This document shows, one piece after another, positions 27,181 to 38,570 of a stretch of DNA of 64,000 bases. Position 1 is the first letter of the stretch. Every line of letters starts with the position of its first letter. Source of the DNA: Octopus vulgaris (taxonomy: Eukaryota); assembly GCA_951406725.2 (NCBI GenBank), contig OX597816.1:143282001-143346000 (forward strand), read 5' to 3'. A model generated the notes under the pieces. The model saw only the letters and a program-made list of their open reading frames with translations. It made no database searches and was not told where the DNA came from. A program made the translations under genes and the position numbers.

Positions 27181-28526
27181 ATCATGATGTACTGACATGA
27201 ATGCGTGGTTAAAAAACTCACTTCACAACCACACATCCATTGTGTAGAACTATGGGCAAATATCTTCTAGTCTTTGGTCAGTTTAAACTTTATGAATAAA
27301 ATTTAGTATGCATATGTATACACACACACACTAAATGGAACTGATGAAATAATAAAAGAGTGTGTATAATGATTCTCTATGTAAAAGCATATTTAATCTT
27401 CATACCATTAATATTTTTAAAACCATATTTAATCTTAATGCAAAATATTAATAATGGCATAATAATTCCAACTAAGCCCCCTACCAGTTTTGAACTTCTT
27501 TAAGAGTCAAAAATGAAATTACCATTTGACTTGCTGACTGTAACATAAAGCAAATGATAAACAGATATAGATCTGTGAAATTTTAAGATAAGATTATACA
27601 GAATGCAAAGCAGCATGATTATAAACACTGACAGCAAAAACAAGTTAATAAACTGCAAGATAATAAATAATGATTTTATTTCTTTATTTTTTTTTTGCTT
27701 GTTTTTCTGATTTACATCCCCCTAGGCACTGTGAGGAAAGGTGTAAGTCATCCTTAGACCAGAGTCATGGTCCAAATACTTGCAACAGAGTGGACCCTGT
27801 AAAAACACCCAAGGACAAGGTGGTAGTGTATCTTCATGGTTTTAAAAATGATTAGCCATATAACTAGAGAGTTTACGAGTAACAAGACTGAAAGGATGTT
27901 TGTTTCTCACTGGCCCTTGGCAAAGACACTTAACTTTCATTAAGTATTAGAGTGGCACTAAATAACCCAAGTAAACCCAAGACTTTAATTTACAAAAGGC
28001 GAAATGGATGTTGTGATATTCATGTCTTATGGTTGTGATGGGAAATGGAGCATTAGTGATGTGATGTAAAATAACTGCAACCAGAAACTGAAACTATCAG
28101 AGTATCAACTCAATGGGAACTTATTTCTCACCCAATAGCAAGCACTGATCTCAAGTCTTCTTATGGGCTTGAAGAAAGTTAAGTGCAACTGCCATCATGT
28201 ATCCTCTCCGGAATCAATGCACAAAGAATTCTTTTGTGGAACTTCAAATGCATCGTAGTTGTACAAGATTTACAGTGTGTAAGAGTAGGTGTATGTATGG
28301 TGGGGGTTATAACTGTGTAGATGTGGAAGGCTGAATGGACAAACGTTTGTGAATATGAGTGGCTATGCATATATATATATATATATATATGTGTGTGTAT
28401 ACTTTTAGACAAAGAAAATAAAACCAAAGGAAAGTAATCCTGATTGAAAAATACCAACTATGTGTTTCTATAGCAACAATTTCAGCATCATAACTTTAAT
28501 TTTAAAAGTATCAAGTAACTACTTAC

Positions 28527-28610
28527 CCGACTAGCAGTGTGAGCCATAGGGTCAGCAGCAGGCACAGTGCATTTGGCCACTACAGGACCAACACTGGGCA
28601 CTGGTGCTAA
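28527..28610 (-). CDS. KICS2: Candidate in-frame cassette exon of KICS2 (LAPVPSVGPVVAKCTVPAADPMAHTASR)
   Basis: Acceptor TTATTTCTCCTATTTACAAG, strong donor CGG|GTAAGT, exactly 84 nt, stop-free in the phase-0 frame of the flanking exons, GC-richer than the intron. No homology support. Confidence 0.55.
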
Positions 28611-28787
28611 CTTGTAAATAGGAGAAATAAGTGGTAAACTACTATTGGAACATTTTCAATCAAGATAAACGTTTTTCTCATTAACAATTTAATTATAAGA
28701 GGAAAAAAATTACAATGATAAAAATATATAAAGAATACATAAAAGGAACATTCTACCTGAAATGTCATATGTCTCAAATAATAACTC

Positions 28788-28837
<50 letters not shown>

Positions 28838-30315
28838 GCATCTTGGTTGTTAACTTGATTATCTATGTGAAATAATTAAGCAATATTTAGATGATACAAG
28901 CTGCTTTGTGTTTCCTTGATTGCTGACAATAAGTAAGAAAAAGAGTTTTCAAAAATCAATAAAGGTGTTTGTTTAATTATTAGATGGGATTTTATTTATT
29001 AGAACACTGTAGCTTCAGGCCATGCAAACTAACGCTTTGACAAAATTCTTTTTAGTCAAGTGAGTTTATTGTCAGCAGCAATGATCAAGTGGTTCAAGAA
29101 GTCCACTTCGCAACTATCTAGTTTTGTGTTCAATTCCAGCATATGGAATCTAGGGTAACTATCTTTCATGATAGCCTCACATTGACCAAAGCTTTGCCAA
29201 TGAAATATGGTTGATGGAAGTGTATAGAAGCCAGTTTTTGGTTTGTAGGCTGAAACTATGAACCAGCTAATTACAATCAATCACACTGCCTTTTGGTTGC
29301 TTTTAAGCATCATAGTAGTGTTCAGCCAGGAGATGGATTGAGGTCCATTCAGTTGTGTGCATTCAAAACTAAGAGTCATGTCTGAGGATAACATCTTCCA
29401 TTCTTTCTACCAGTCTTGGAGGTTCTGAAAAGGGTCATGGCTATTGCTCATCTTCAGCTGACAAGTTGAACTGCCAGCACATGCAGCCTATGACAACCAT
29501 TGTTCAGATTCTGACTGGAACAATGACTGGTCCGAAACCAAACTCAGAGCATCATCTTGCTTTCTCCAGTCCCATAACAGGACTTGGATTTAACATTACA
29601 AGATAGTAATGCATTTATTAACAATGCAGTGCTCCCACTGTTTACAAAGATGAGCATTGTCCACCTTCAACATCTATATATAGCTATGTAAATTGGTCCG
29701 GAAAAAGTCAAGTGTCAGTGGATATTACATTTGTCTTTCACTTGCTCTTTCTCCCCAATAAACTAGTTTTTTGAGGATCCCATGAGTTCTATGAAACACC
29801 AATATTTTTTCTTCAGTTCTTACCTTTTTAAATCCATCTTTCCGTGCTTGCATAAATAGAATAGTTTTTGTAGAAGTAATTTTGTAACTAAATGCTTTTC
29901 TTATGGAAAACTACCCACTTATGATATAGAAGTAAAACCAACAGTTTACTATAGCAAATAATGATATATAATTCTTCTAGAGTACAACACAATGGCTTTA
30001 GTAAGATTTTAACTTATGACCATGAGGAGAGTAATTCAACATCTTAATCTCAAAACCATTTCACTTCTATTAAAACATAGATCAAATTTGAACAAAATAA
30101 AAAAGATTATAAATAGGAATTTTTTTTTAAATCTATAAAAAAAATTTAATTATTAAAAAATATTTTATATTTAATTCCTGATTATACATGTAACCTTAGA
30201 ATTTATGAAAGACATTTACCAAAGAATGTAGTTTCAGGCTAGAAATGTAATTGGGTCAAAGAGTCAATTCACCAAGAATTTTATCAATCATTGGTAATTA
30301 TTTAAAATAATGTTG

Positions 30316-30627
30316 ATTTAATAATAATAATAATGAAATTATTGTACACAGTGCTCAGGTGCACCACAACTTGTCAGAAAGTGCGTATAAAGTGTATGCA
30401 GTAATGTACAAATGTCTGGAAAGCGAACAATGTATGAGTCAGATACATGCTTGTGTGTGTACAGAGGGAAGAAAATCGGGTGTAGTGTTGGCGAATCTCA
30501 GGAAGCATGGAAGTTTTGAAGGATGCAGTGCTCTGACAACTAACAACTGATGCCGGCAGTTTGTTCCATGCTTCAGCAACTCTCAGCATGTAAAAATGTT
30601 TCCTAAAGTCATGGGAGCTGTGCTGTC
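30316..30627 (-). mobile_element. CR1-like LINE 3' end
   Basis: HDFRKHFY.LRVAEAWNKLPASVVSCQSTASFKT resembles the CR1 RT C-terminus; (TTA)n-type tail near 30316. Confidence 0.8.
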
Positions 30628-30779
30628 CAATGAGTCCAATGAAATTATTGGACATGAGTCCAATGAAATTATTCCTTATTTGCAATGGGAAAAAAAGCCA
30701 ATAGGCTTGTGTGCTGCAAGAAACTGTATGTTTTGATGTTTCAGACAAGACCCTTTTGCTAAGAAACAAAAAGTTATGG

Positions 30780-31580
30780 AAACGTAAACACATCAGCACC
30801 AATTTTCAAGGGGAGGGGAGGCACAAAGACACAAATACACATATATGACAGGCTTCTTTCAGTTTCCATCAACCAAATCCACTCACAAGGCTTTGATCGG
30901 CCCAGAGCTATAGTAGAAAACACTTGCCCAAGATGCCATGCAGCAGGACTGAACCCAGAGCCATGTGGTTGGGAAGCAAGGTTCTTACCATACAGCCATG
31001 CCTGCACATGGCATAGGTGTGGTTGTGTGATAAGAAGTTTGCTTCTCAACGACAGAGTCTCAGGATCGTTCTCACTGAGTAGCATGTTGGGTTAGTGTCT
31101 ACTATAGCTCCTGGTCAATCAAAGGATTTGGTAGATGGAAACTATAAGAGGATTTGGTAGATGGAAACTAAAAAAAGCCTGGTGCATATATCTGTTTGTG
31201 TGTGAGTGTTTGTTACTGTCTCCTGGCCTTGACTTTATGTGATACTTGCGAGCCAATCACGATCATGGAAGTGGTGTCCTTCATTTCCAATCTTCTGTGA
31301 AAACATATCTTGTCATGGGAAAAATTATGTTGCTTGGAAACAGAAGAGGGATGGGAACAGGAAAGTCTGCCTCAACAAATTCCGTCAAATCCATGCAAGC
31401 ATGGAAAAGTGGATATTAAACAATGATAATATATATGTCAGGGAGGTTGCTTCCTAGCTACATGGTATCAGGTTCAGTCACACCGTGTGGCACTTTGGGC
31501 AAGTGTCTTCTGCTATAGACCCGGGCCAACCAAAGCTTTGTGATTGAATTTGGTAGGCGGAAGTTACTGCCGTGTGTGTA
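30780..31580. mobile_element. Cluster of SINE family B fragments in both orientations
   Basis: Minus copy ~30780-31005, then plus copies ~31008-31190 and ~31443-31580. Confidence 0.7.
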
Positions 31581-31586
31581 GGTGTT

Positions 31587-31630
<44 letters not shown>

Positions 31631-31969
31631 GGAAGGCATTTGAAAATACACAAAATAATTTCTTTTTGTTTAGAATGAATAATGATGCCAATGCACCCTA
31701 ACATTAGTGTTAGTGTTAAGTGTAACCAGTCTGCTCCAGTACCTATTCAATGAATTAAAATGTAAATGACTGAGCCTTCAACAGAGACTCGGGACTCTAA
31801 TATAATCCTCAGACAGAAATCAACATAAAGCGTTTCATGATAAAAATGTTCCTTTGCATCACATGTATAAATTATATTTTTTGAAACATAAGAATTTTCT
31901 TAAAATGAAAAATAAGCAAGTTTTTATTTTTTTTAATATTAGAAAAAAAAAAAAAAGAATTTTGTTTAC

Positions 31970-32108
31970 CTCTTTAGCTGGCAAGCAAGTACCCCATTGT
32001 GCCAACTTTGTGTGTGCTTGATGAAGTTGTAACAATGCTGGTAAATAATCAAGTTCTGAAACTTGAATTTGTGTGGTCAGCAAATGTTGAATAATTTCAC
32101 ACTCGTAG
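31970..32108 (-). CDS. KICS2: KICS2 coding exon 5 (YECEIIQHLLTTQIQVSELDYLPALLQLHQAHTKLAQWGTCLPAKE)
   Basis: TACAG acceptor, GAG|GTAAAC donor, 139 nt, phase 2/0. Resembles human [39 protein letters not shown]. Confidence 0.92.
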
Positions 32109-32424
32109 CTGTATCAATAAAAATATAGATGACTATAAGTACTTAAAAAATATAGGTGCAGGCATAGATAAGTGGTTTAGCAATTCAGTTTGCAACTACA
32201 AGCTTCTATACTCAATACCATTACACAGTGCCTTGGGCAAGTATTTTCTACCATAATTTTGGATTGGCTGATGTCTTTAAGAGTAAAATTTGATAGATGT
32301 AACTGCAGAAGCTTGGTATGCGTATGTGTGCTGTTTTGTTGTAGGTCATATATCAGCATGTGTATATATAGAAATTTTCAGAATGAGATAAAAATCCAAG
32401 GCTGTGAAAGATTTTAGAACATAA

Positions 32425-32550
32425 ACAATATATATACATATACACACACATACAATGTATATATATACACACAATATACATATATTGTGTGTGTATATAT
32501 GTATATACAATATACATATATTGTGTGTATGTATATATACATACACACAC

Positions 32551-32608
<58 letters not shown>
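32425..32608. repeat. (TA)n/(CA)n compound microsatellite
   Basis: Read directly. Confidence 0.95.
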
Positions 32609-32611
<3 letters not shown>

Positions 32612-33033
32612 GGATGGCTATAAGTCGCTTTACCCATTTCTAATAATAATAATGCCAGTATAGTCTGGTCATGAGTGGAACGCCTTTGATCATAATCAAT
32701 CAGGGTTGACTTATGGCTAAGCAACAGTAATCCTTTGATAAGGTTTGCACTCCTTCCTTAAAAGTTAAAAATACATTAATTAGTACCCTGGAGACATAGG
32801 GCAGTGCCAGACAGAAGTATAAATTGTCTCCCTTTGATTTGTAAAATCATCACCTCCAAACCTTGACTAAAGAACTTTTAAGCTGTCAACATAAATTGTT
32901 CGGTTTAGTTTTGAGATAACCTTCTTTCATGGAATAAGAAAAAAAAAAAGCGTTTTTATTTTACTTCACATCAAGTAAGAATTTTAACAATCAGAAGAAA
33001 AATATACTAGGAAAGAGAAAATTCTTTACATAC

Positions 33034-33171
33034 TTAAAGCTTGTTTTCAGATGGCTTAACAAAGGATGATGAAAGCATTTCTGGAATGTGTTAACAATTT
33101 CAGTACAAACCATAACTGGATCTTCATAGTTGAAATTTCTATTGTTGCCAATAGTAGTCAACTGCTCATAG
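33034..33171 (-). CDS. KICS2: KICS2 coding exon 4 (YEQLTTIGNNRNFNYEDPVMVCTEIVNTFQKCFHHPLLSHLKTSF-N)
   Basis: Not in the ORF track; read by hand. Acceptor TTTTCCTTGACTTTGCTAG, donor AA|GTATGT, 138 nt, phase 2/2. FHHPLLSHLKTSF resembles human FHHPILSPLESSF. Confidence 0.9.
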
Positions 33172-35196
33172 CTAGCAAAGTCAAGGAAAACTTCAATGTA
33201 TAAAGCATTTATTTAGTTTTAAGCATTTATTTAGTTTTAACCATTTTCATACCAACCAACTTTAGACTATCTTTCAATCAAGGACATGAAATTTCATTTT
33301 AAAGTGTTCAAATCCAAATTCAAATTCTCCATCATAATTTTACATAAGAACCTTTTGTTAATAACATTGTATATGCTGTTTCATAATTGCTTTTAATGCA
33401 GTCACAAAATCAGGACTTTGAGGGAGAGGAATGCCTGATAAATTCATCATCATCATCATTTAACATCCGCCTCCCATACTGGCATGGGTTGAACGGTTTG
33501 ACAGGAACTGGCCAGGTAGGAGCCTGCACCAGACTTGTGTGTCTGTTTTGGCATAGATTTTATAGCTGGATGCTCTTCCTAATATTAACCACCCAGCAGA
33601 GTGGACAGAGTGCTTTTTACATGGTACCCCAGTAATTGACTAAAACTTCATTTTATCAATCCTGGAAAGATGAAAGGCAAAATTGATCTTTGTACGATTT
33701 GAATTAAGAAAGTAGGGTCAGAAAAAATACCTCAAGGCAATTTTCTGATGTCCTAATGATTCCGCCAAATCTGAAGATGATTTTTTAAAAAATTCCTGTA
33801 TTTTATATCCTTCTATACATTGGATATACAGTTTTCACGAAGTGGGGATGAACACAACTGTCTTCATACAACGTAGTTCAAATTATTCCATTAAGCATAA
33901 TACTTCAATAATTACAAACTCTCAATGATCTCAATAACTTCCACAAACTCTCAATGACTCCTGATCTTAACCAATACGCTACTTTTTATAAGAGTTTGAC
34001 TAGTCCATTCTTCCAATCCCACAGGAGTATCAATGACTCTTGCCCCAATACTTCATGAGGTAATTTTTTTTAATTACATCAAACCAATAAATCTTTTTAA
34101 CAATAACTAATTTCAGACATTTATGCCATAACTGTCATTTTTCTTAATGACAATTTAATGAAGAAACTTTAATAATTGCATAATTTTTCATATGTTAATA
34201 ATTAACTAATGACAAAATTAAAAGCAATCATGGTCTAAAAAGAACTTTTGGAAGTGAAGATAATATACTTTAACAATTTTTAAAAACTTTTTCTAAAAAG
34301 ACTTTCAATAATCTTTTAAGATACTGAATTTTTTTAACATTTTGCCTTGAAAATTTTAGCTGTATGTACTTTGATTTTTTTACTTTGTGTTCAGAATGTT
34401 ATTCAAGAAAAATAACCGAATTGATGGTGTCAAATTCCTTACTGAAGAGCCAACAGGTTGTATCTCATCACTACATATGATCTTGTGTCCATAGAAAAAC
34501 CTAGCTCTCAATATTTTACACTATATACACAAGCACCACATGTAGGTACACCATCTCATCATCATCAACATTTAACATCCATTTTCCATGCTAACATGGG
34601 TTGGCTGGCTTGACAGGAATTGGCAAGGCCAGCACTCACAACAGGTTCCATGGTCTGTTTTGGTTTGGTTCCTACAGCTAGATGTCCTTCCTAACACCAG
34701 CCACTTTACAGAGTGTACTGGGTGCTTTTTATGTTGTACCATCACCAGTACTTTTTACATGGCACTAGCACCAGTGCTTTTTTATGTAGCACCATCACCC
34801 ACACCAATGTTTTTTATGTGGAACTTTGGTTTTAGGATATCAATTCTGTTGTGGTGGGCAGATCTTCGAGAGTACAACAATGCATTACATATCTTGGTCC
34901 TCTGACATCTTCTCAAGGTTCTCCATGTTCATTAGCTTATGGTACTGGTTCAAGCCTTTCTTTAGGCATCAGTCAAATCTCCCTCAAAACACACTCTGTT
35001 AACTGAGAAAAGATGCACATATCAGATGTTGTAGTCCTAGATACATTATGTCTGAAAAAAGATTGGGTGGTCATGTCAAGAAATGATAACTGTCAAAGTA
35101 TACTCAATCAAGGTTCGTGTGGAGCTGGAAAAGAACAAAAATCAATGTAGAAGTGAGGGTTACAGAAACACATAAATATAAAAGTAGTAAGGATAC
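33172..35196 (-). other. U12-type (minor spliceosome) GT-AG intron of KICS2
   Basis: 5' splice site GTATCCTT at 35196-35189. Branch sequence TTTTCCTTGAC at 33190-33180, 8 nt before the exon, with no separate polypyrimidine tract. Confidence 0.9.
34557..34905 (-). mobile_element. Repeat family C copy inside the U12 intron
   Basis: CATCATCAT..TTTAACATCCATTTTCCATGCT tail and shared core. Confidence 0.8.
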
Positions 35197-35354
35197 AGAT
35201 CCATAGTTCTTAAGCGAGCCATTGGAAAATGTTCAAGGTGTTCACACAAATGACCCAATAACACATCTAAGTTAACATGTGGTTCATTTTGTTGAACATT
35301 CTCATAGATCTTTCGAAAGTCTGCAATCAAATTTTGGTATGAATTCCGCAGGGT
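35197..35354 (-). CDS. KICS2: KICS2 coding exon 3 (TLRNSYQNLIADFRKIYENVQQNEPHVNLDVLLGHLCEHLEHFPMARLRTMD-L)
   Basis: CTCAG acceptor; ends in phase 2 at a U12-type donor CT|GTATCCTTAC; 158 nt. Resembles human SIRTIYTSLHNELKK...[22 protein letters not shown]. Confidence 0.9.
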
Positions 35355-35499
35355 CTGAGTTACAAACAAAAACAAATTTGTTAAAAAATTAAATAAATAT
35401 TGATACTTAAGCAAAACATTAAAAATCTCACAAGGTATCTATTATTAACAATAACTGATTTCTTTTGACCAGGCTGGGACAGGAAGAGATTGGAATGTC

Positions 35500-36056
35500 A
35501 GTATATATGTGTGACACAGCACTATTGTATTGAGAGAAAAGTTAGACATAAGAGGAATTATATGCAGTAAGCAAGAGAGGAGACTGCACCAGTTTGGTCA
35601 CTTGAAGCAGATGGAAGAGGATAGTTGCATAAACAAGTGTCAATCATTTAAAGTGGAGGGATATTGCTGAAGAGGGGGACTCAAGAAGGCACAGGATGAA
35701 ATATTGCAGGCAGATCTCAAAACACTAAGCCTTATAAAGAAGATGACAGAGGATCTAGATATGTGGCACATTGCTGTACTTAAGAAGACTTGCCCACCAC
35801 AACAGAAATGATATCTTAAAATCAAGGTGCCACATAAAAACCATTGGTGTTGGTGCCATGTAAAAAGCACTGGTGCTGGTGTCATGAAAATAAGCATCCA
35901 GTACACTCTGTAAAATGATAGGCATTAGGAAGGGGATCCAGTTATAGAAACCAAGCCAAAAAGATTATGAGACCTTGTGCAGCCCTTGGCCTTACCAGTT
36001 CCTGTCAAGCTGTCCAACCCACACCAGCATGGAAAATGGACATTAAATGATGATGA
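35500..36056 (+). mobile_element. 3' end of an RTE-like LINE joined to the family C tail
   Basis: Degenerate RRLH.FGH..QMEEDSCINKC..VEG..GRG coding remnant followed by the family C 3' region. Confidence 0.75.
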
Positions 36057-36106
36057 CAATTCACATGTTTAAATTTACAAACGAAAAGGAAAAAAGCATG
36101 TAAGTA

Positions 36107-37344
36107 TTGGGTCATCTCATAAATAATGCAGTTTTTTCAATTGCATGAGTTAAAAGTCAGAGCGGGATGGGTAAACTACCTGCATCAACTTACTATAAAA
36201 GCAGGTAGTAATTTTACCTTATAATTATTCTTACTGCATATTTTGAAGAGTGCAGTTTGATTTTAACAGCTATTTTTCCAAAGTTATAATGGAAGTGACA
36301 AAGGAGCATATTTTGCTTTATGAGTTCAATAAAGGCTACAACGCAACGGAAAGTGTGAGAAATATTAATGAAGTATATGGAGATCAGACAATGAGTGTAA
36401 GCCAGTGTCAATGGTGGTTCCAGAAATTCCAAGCCAGAAATTACAGCCTAAAAGACAAACCTCATCCTGGAAGGTCTGTAGATCTCAACAAGGATGTTCT
36501 GCAAACCCTGGTGGAACAAAATTCCATTGTTGAGGCACTAACAGAGAAGCTTGGACTTGATTATTCAACCATTCATTGATACCTGTGTACCATTGGAAAA
36601 GTCAGTAAATTGGGTTAATGAGTTCCTCACAAACTTTCCGTGTCTAATCGCACACAGAGAATGAACGTGTGCTCTTCTTTGCTGTTACATCACAAACGAA
36701 CCATTTTTGGACCAAATAGTGACTGGTGATGAGAAATGGGTCCTCTATAAAAATGTCTAGCACTGAAGACAATGGGTAGGGAAAGGAGAAATATCAGCAT
36801 GCCAGGCTACAGGTCTTCACCCACGTAAGGTGTTATTATCTGTTTGGTGGGATATGAAAGGTTTAGTCCACTTTGAACTTTTAAACCCAAACCAAACAAT
36901 AACAAAACAGTTCTACTATGAGTAGCTCGAGCAGCTTAAGTCAGCACTAGAAGAAGAACCGACCATTTTTGGTTTCAAGACGAAAGGTGTTCTTCCATCA
37001 GGATAATGCTCGGTCACATACAGTAAGGATGACATTCCAAAAGCTGGAGCAGTTTGAATGGGAAATGATGCCCCACCCACCATATTTGCCAGATATTGCC
37101 CCATCTGATTATCCATTTATTCTGTAATCATCAAACAAATTTGGATGAAAAAAAAAATTCTGTAGACGAAGTCAGAACAGTACTGGAGGAGTATTTTTTA
37201 TTACGGACAAGTGAATTTTAGAAGAAGGGCCTTGCAAGTCTACCAGATAGACCATTGTAGAAAATGAAGGAGAGTATATTTTAGATTAAAAAAGAATAAT
37301 AAAATAAGTATTAAAAAAAACGCATTATTTATGGAATGACCCAA
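36107..37344 (+). mobile_element. Full-length but inactivated mariner (Tc1/mariner) DNA transposon
   Basis: TIRs TTGGGTCATCTCATAAATAATGC / GCATTATTTATGGAATGACCCAA, flanked by TA at 36105-6 and 37345-6; 1238 bp; internal transposase remnants. Confidence 0.95.
36289..37289 (+). pseudogene. Mariner transposase pseudogene (stops and frameshifts)
   Basis: Recognisable motifs: LLYEFNKGYNATESVRNINEVYG (HTH region), *VPHKL (WVPHEL-like), IVTGDEKWVLY, HQDNARSH, PHPPYLPDIAPSDY. Several in-frame stops. Confidence 0.9.
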
Positions 37345-37869
37345 TAGGTTCGATATATTTGAAACTGAAGCTTTTCTCCATTACTACTCAAGAATTTTGC
37401 ATTTCTGATTTTTAACATGACTAATGTTACACTACACATTGAAAAGTGATGGAAATACAAAACTAAACAGTTTCATTCTGTCATCATTTTAACGTCTACT
37501 TTTCCATACTTGTCGGAGTAAGATGAGCATTGTAGAACCAGATTTTCTAGAGCTGGATGCTTTTCTGTCACCAACCTTCACCTGTTTCCAAACAAGGTAA
37601 TATTTTTCCCTAGTCAGGACATGTTTTCATAGAGGATTACAAACAGATGTCACAGCTTGTAAGACAATGAAGAATGTTTGCAATTAACACATGATGTCAA
37701 GACAAGAAAACACACACACACGCACACATTTTTTCTATCTACCAATTCACAAGGCTTTAGTTAGCCGAGGTAGAAAACATCCAAGGTATCACACAGTATG
37801 ACTGAACCACATAACCATGCTTGACCAAGCCTTGTAACTAAATTTGGCAGCTGAAAACCGAAAGAAGCC

Positions 37870-37901
<32 letters not shown>

Positions 37902-38173
37902 CACACACATGCCTATGGGTTTACATTTGTACTCAATGAAAGTGCCATTGGTGTTGCAGTCACTTCTATCAACAAATTGACTACTCACTTCACATCTTTA
38001 AAGAAGATGTGAAATAAGGGAATCCTTACTTAAAAACAGGTAAGGGTTAGCGTCAGGAAGAGAATTTGACTGTAAAACAATGCTTCAATAATATATACAT
38101 CTACCCTATGCTACCAAGTAAAAGTAGGCATTAAACAAATGAACAAAAACTCACTAACACATACAAACACTTA

Positions 38174-38570
38174 CTCTTTTACTTGTTTCGGTCATTTGAC
38201 TGTGGCCATGCTGGAGCACCGCCTTTAATCGAGCAAATCAACCCCAGGACTTATTCTTTGTAAGCCTAGTACTTATTCTATCAATCTCTTTTGCCAAACT
38301 GCTAAGTTACAGGGATGTAAACACACCAGATTCGGTTGTCAAGCGATGTTGGAGGGACAAATCCAGACACACAAACATATATTTATATATATATATACAT
38401 ATATATGATGGGCTTCTTTCAGTTTCCGCCTACCAAATCCACTCACAAGGCTTTGGTCTTCCCGAGGCTATAGTAGAAGACACTTGCCCAAGGTGCCACA
38501 CAGTGGGACTGAACCCAGAACCATTGTGGCTGGTAAGCAAGCTACATACCACACAGCTACTCCTGCGCCT
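38174..38570 (-). mobile_element. tRNA-derived SINE family B (CORE-like), near full length
   Basis: Reverse complement of the copy at 62512: AGGCGCAGGAGT..GTGTGGT..GGTTCAGTCCCACTG..ACCTTGGGCAAGTG, internal (TA)n, tail GAAACAAGTAAAAGAG. Confidence 0.85.

Noticed and set aside
32346-32724. YI/CV-rich ORFs (also at 63362-63860)
   Set aside because: Translations of (TA)n/(CA)n microsatellites.
36250-36579. SETMAR-like domesticated gene
   Set aside because: No SET domain; the ORF is broken by stops and bounded by TIRs, so it is an ordinary dead mariner.
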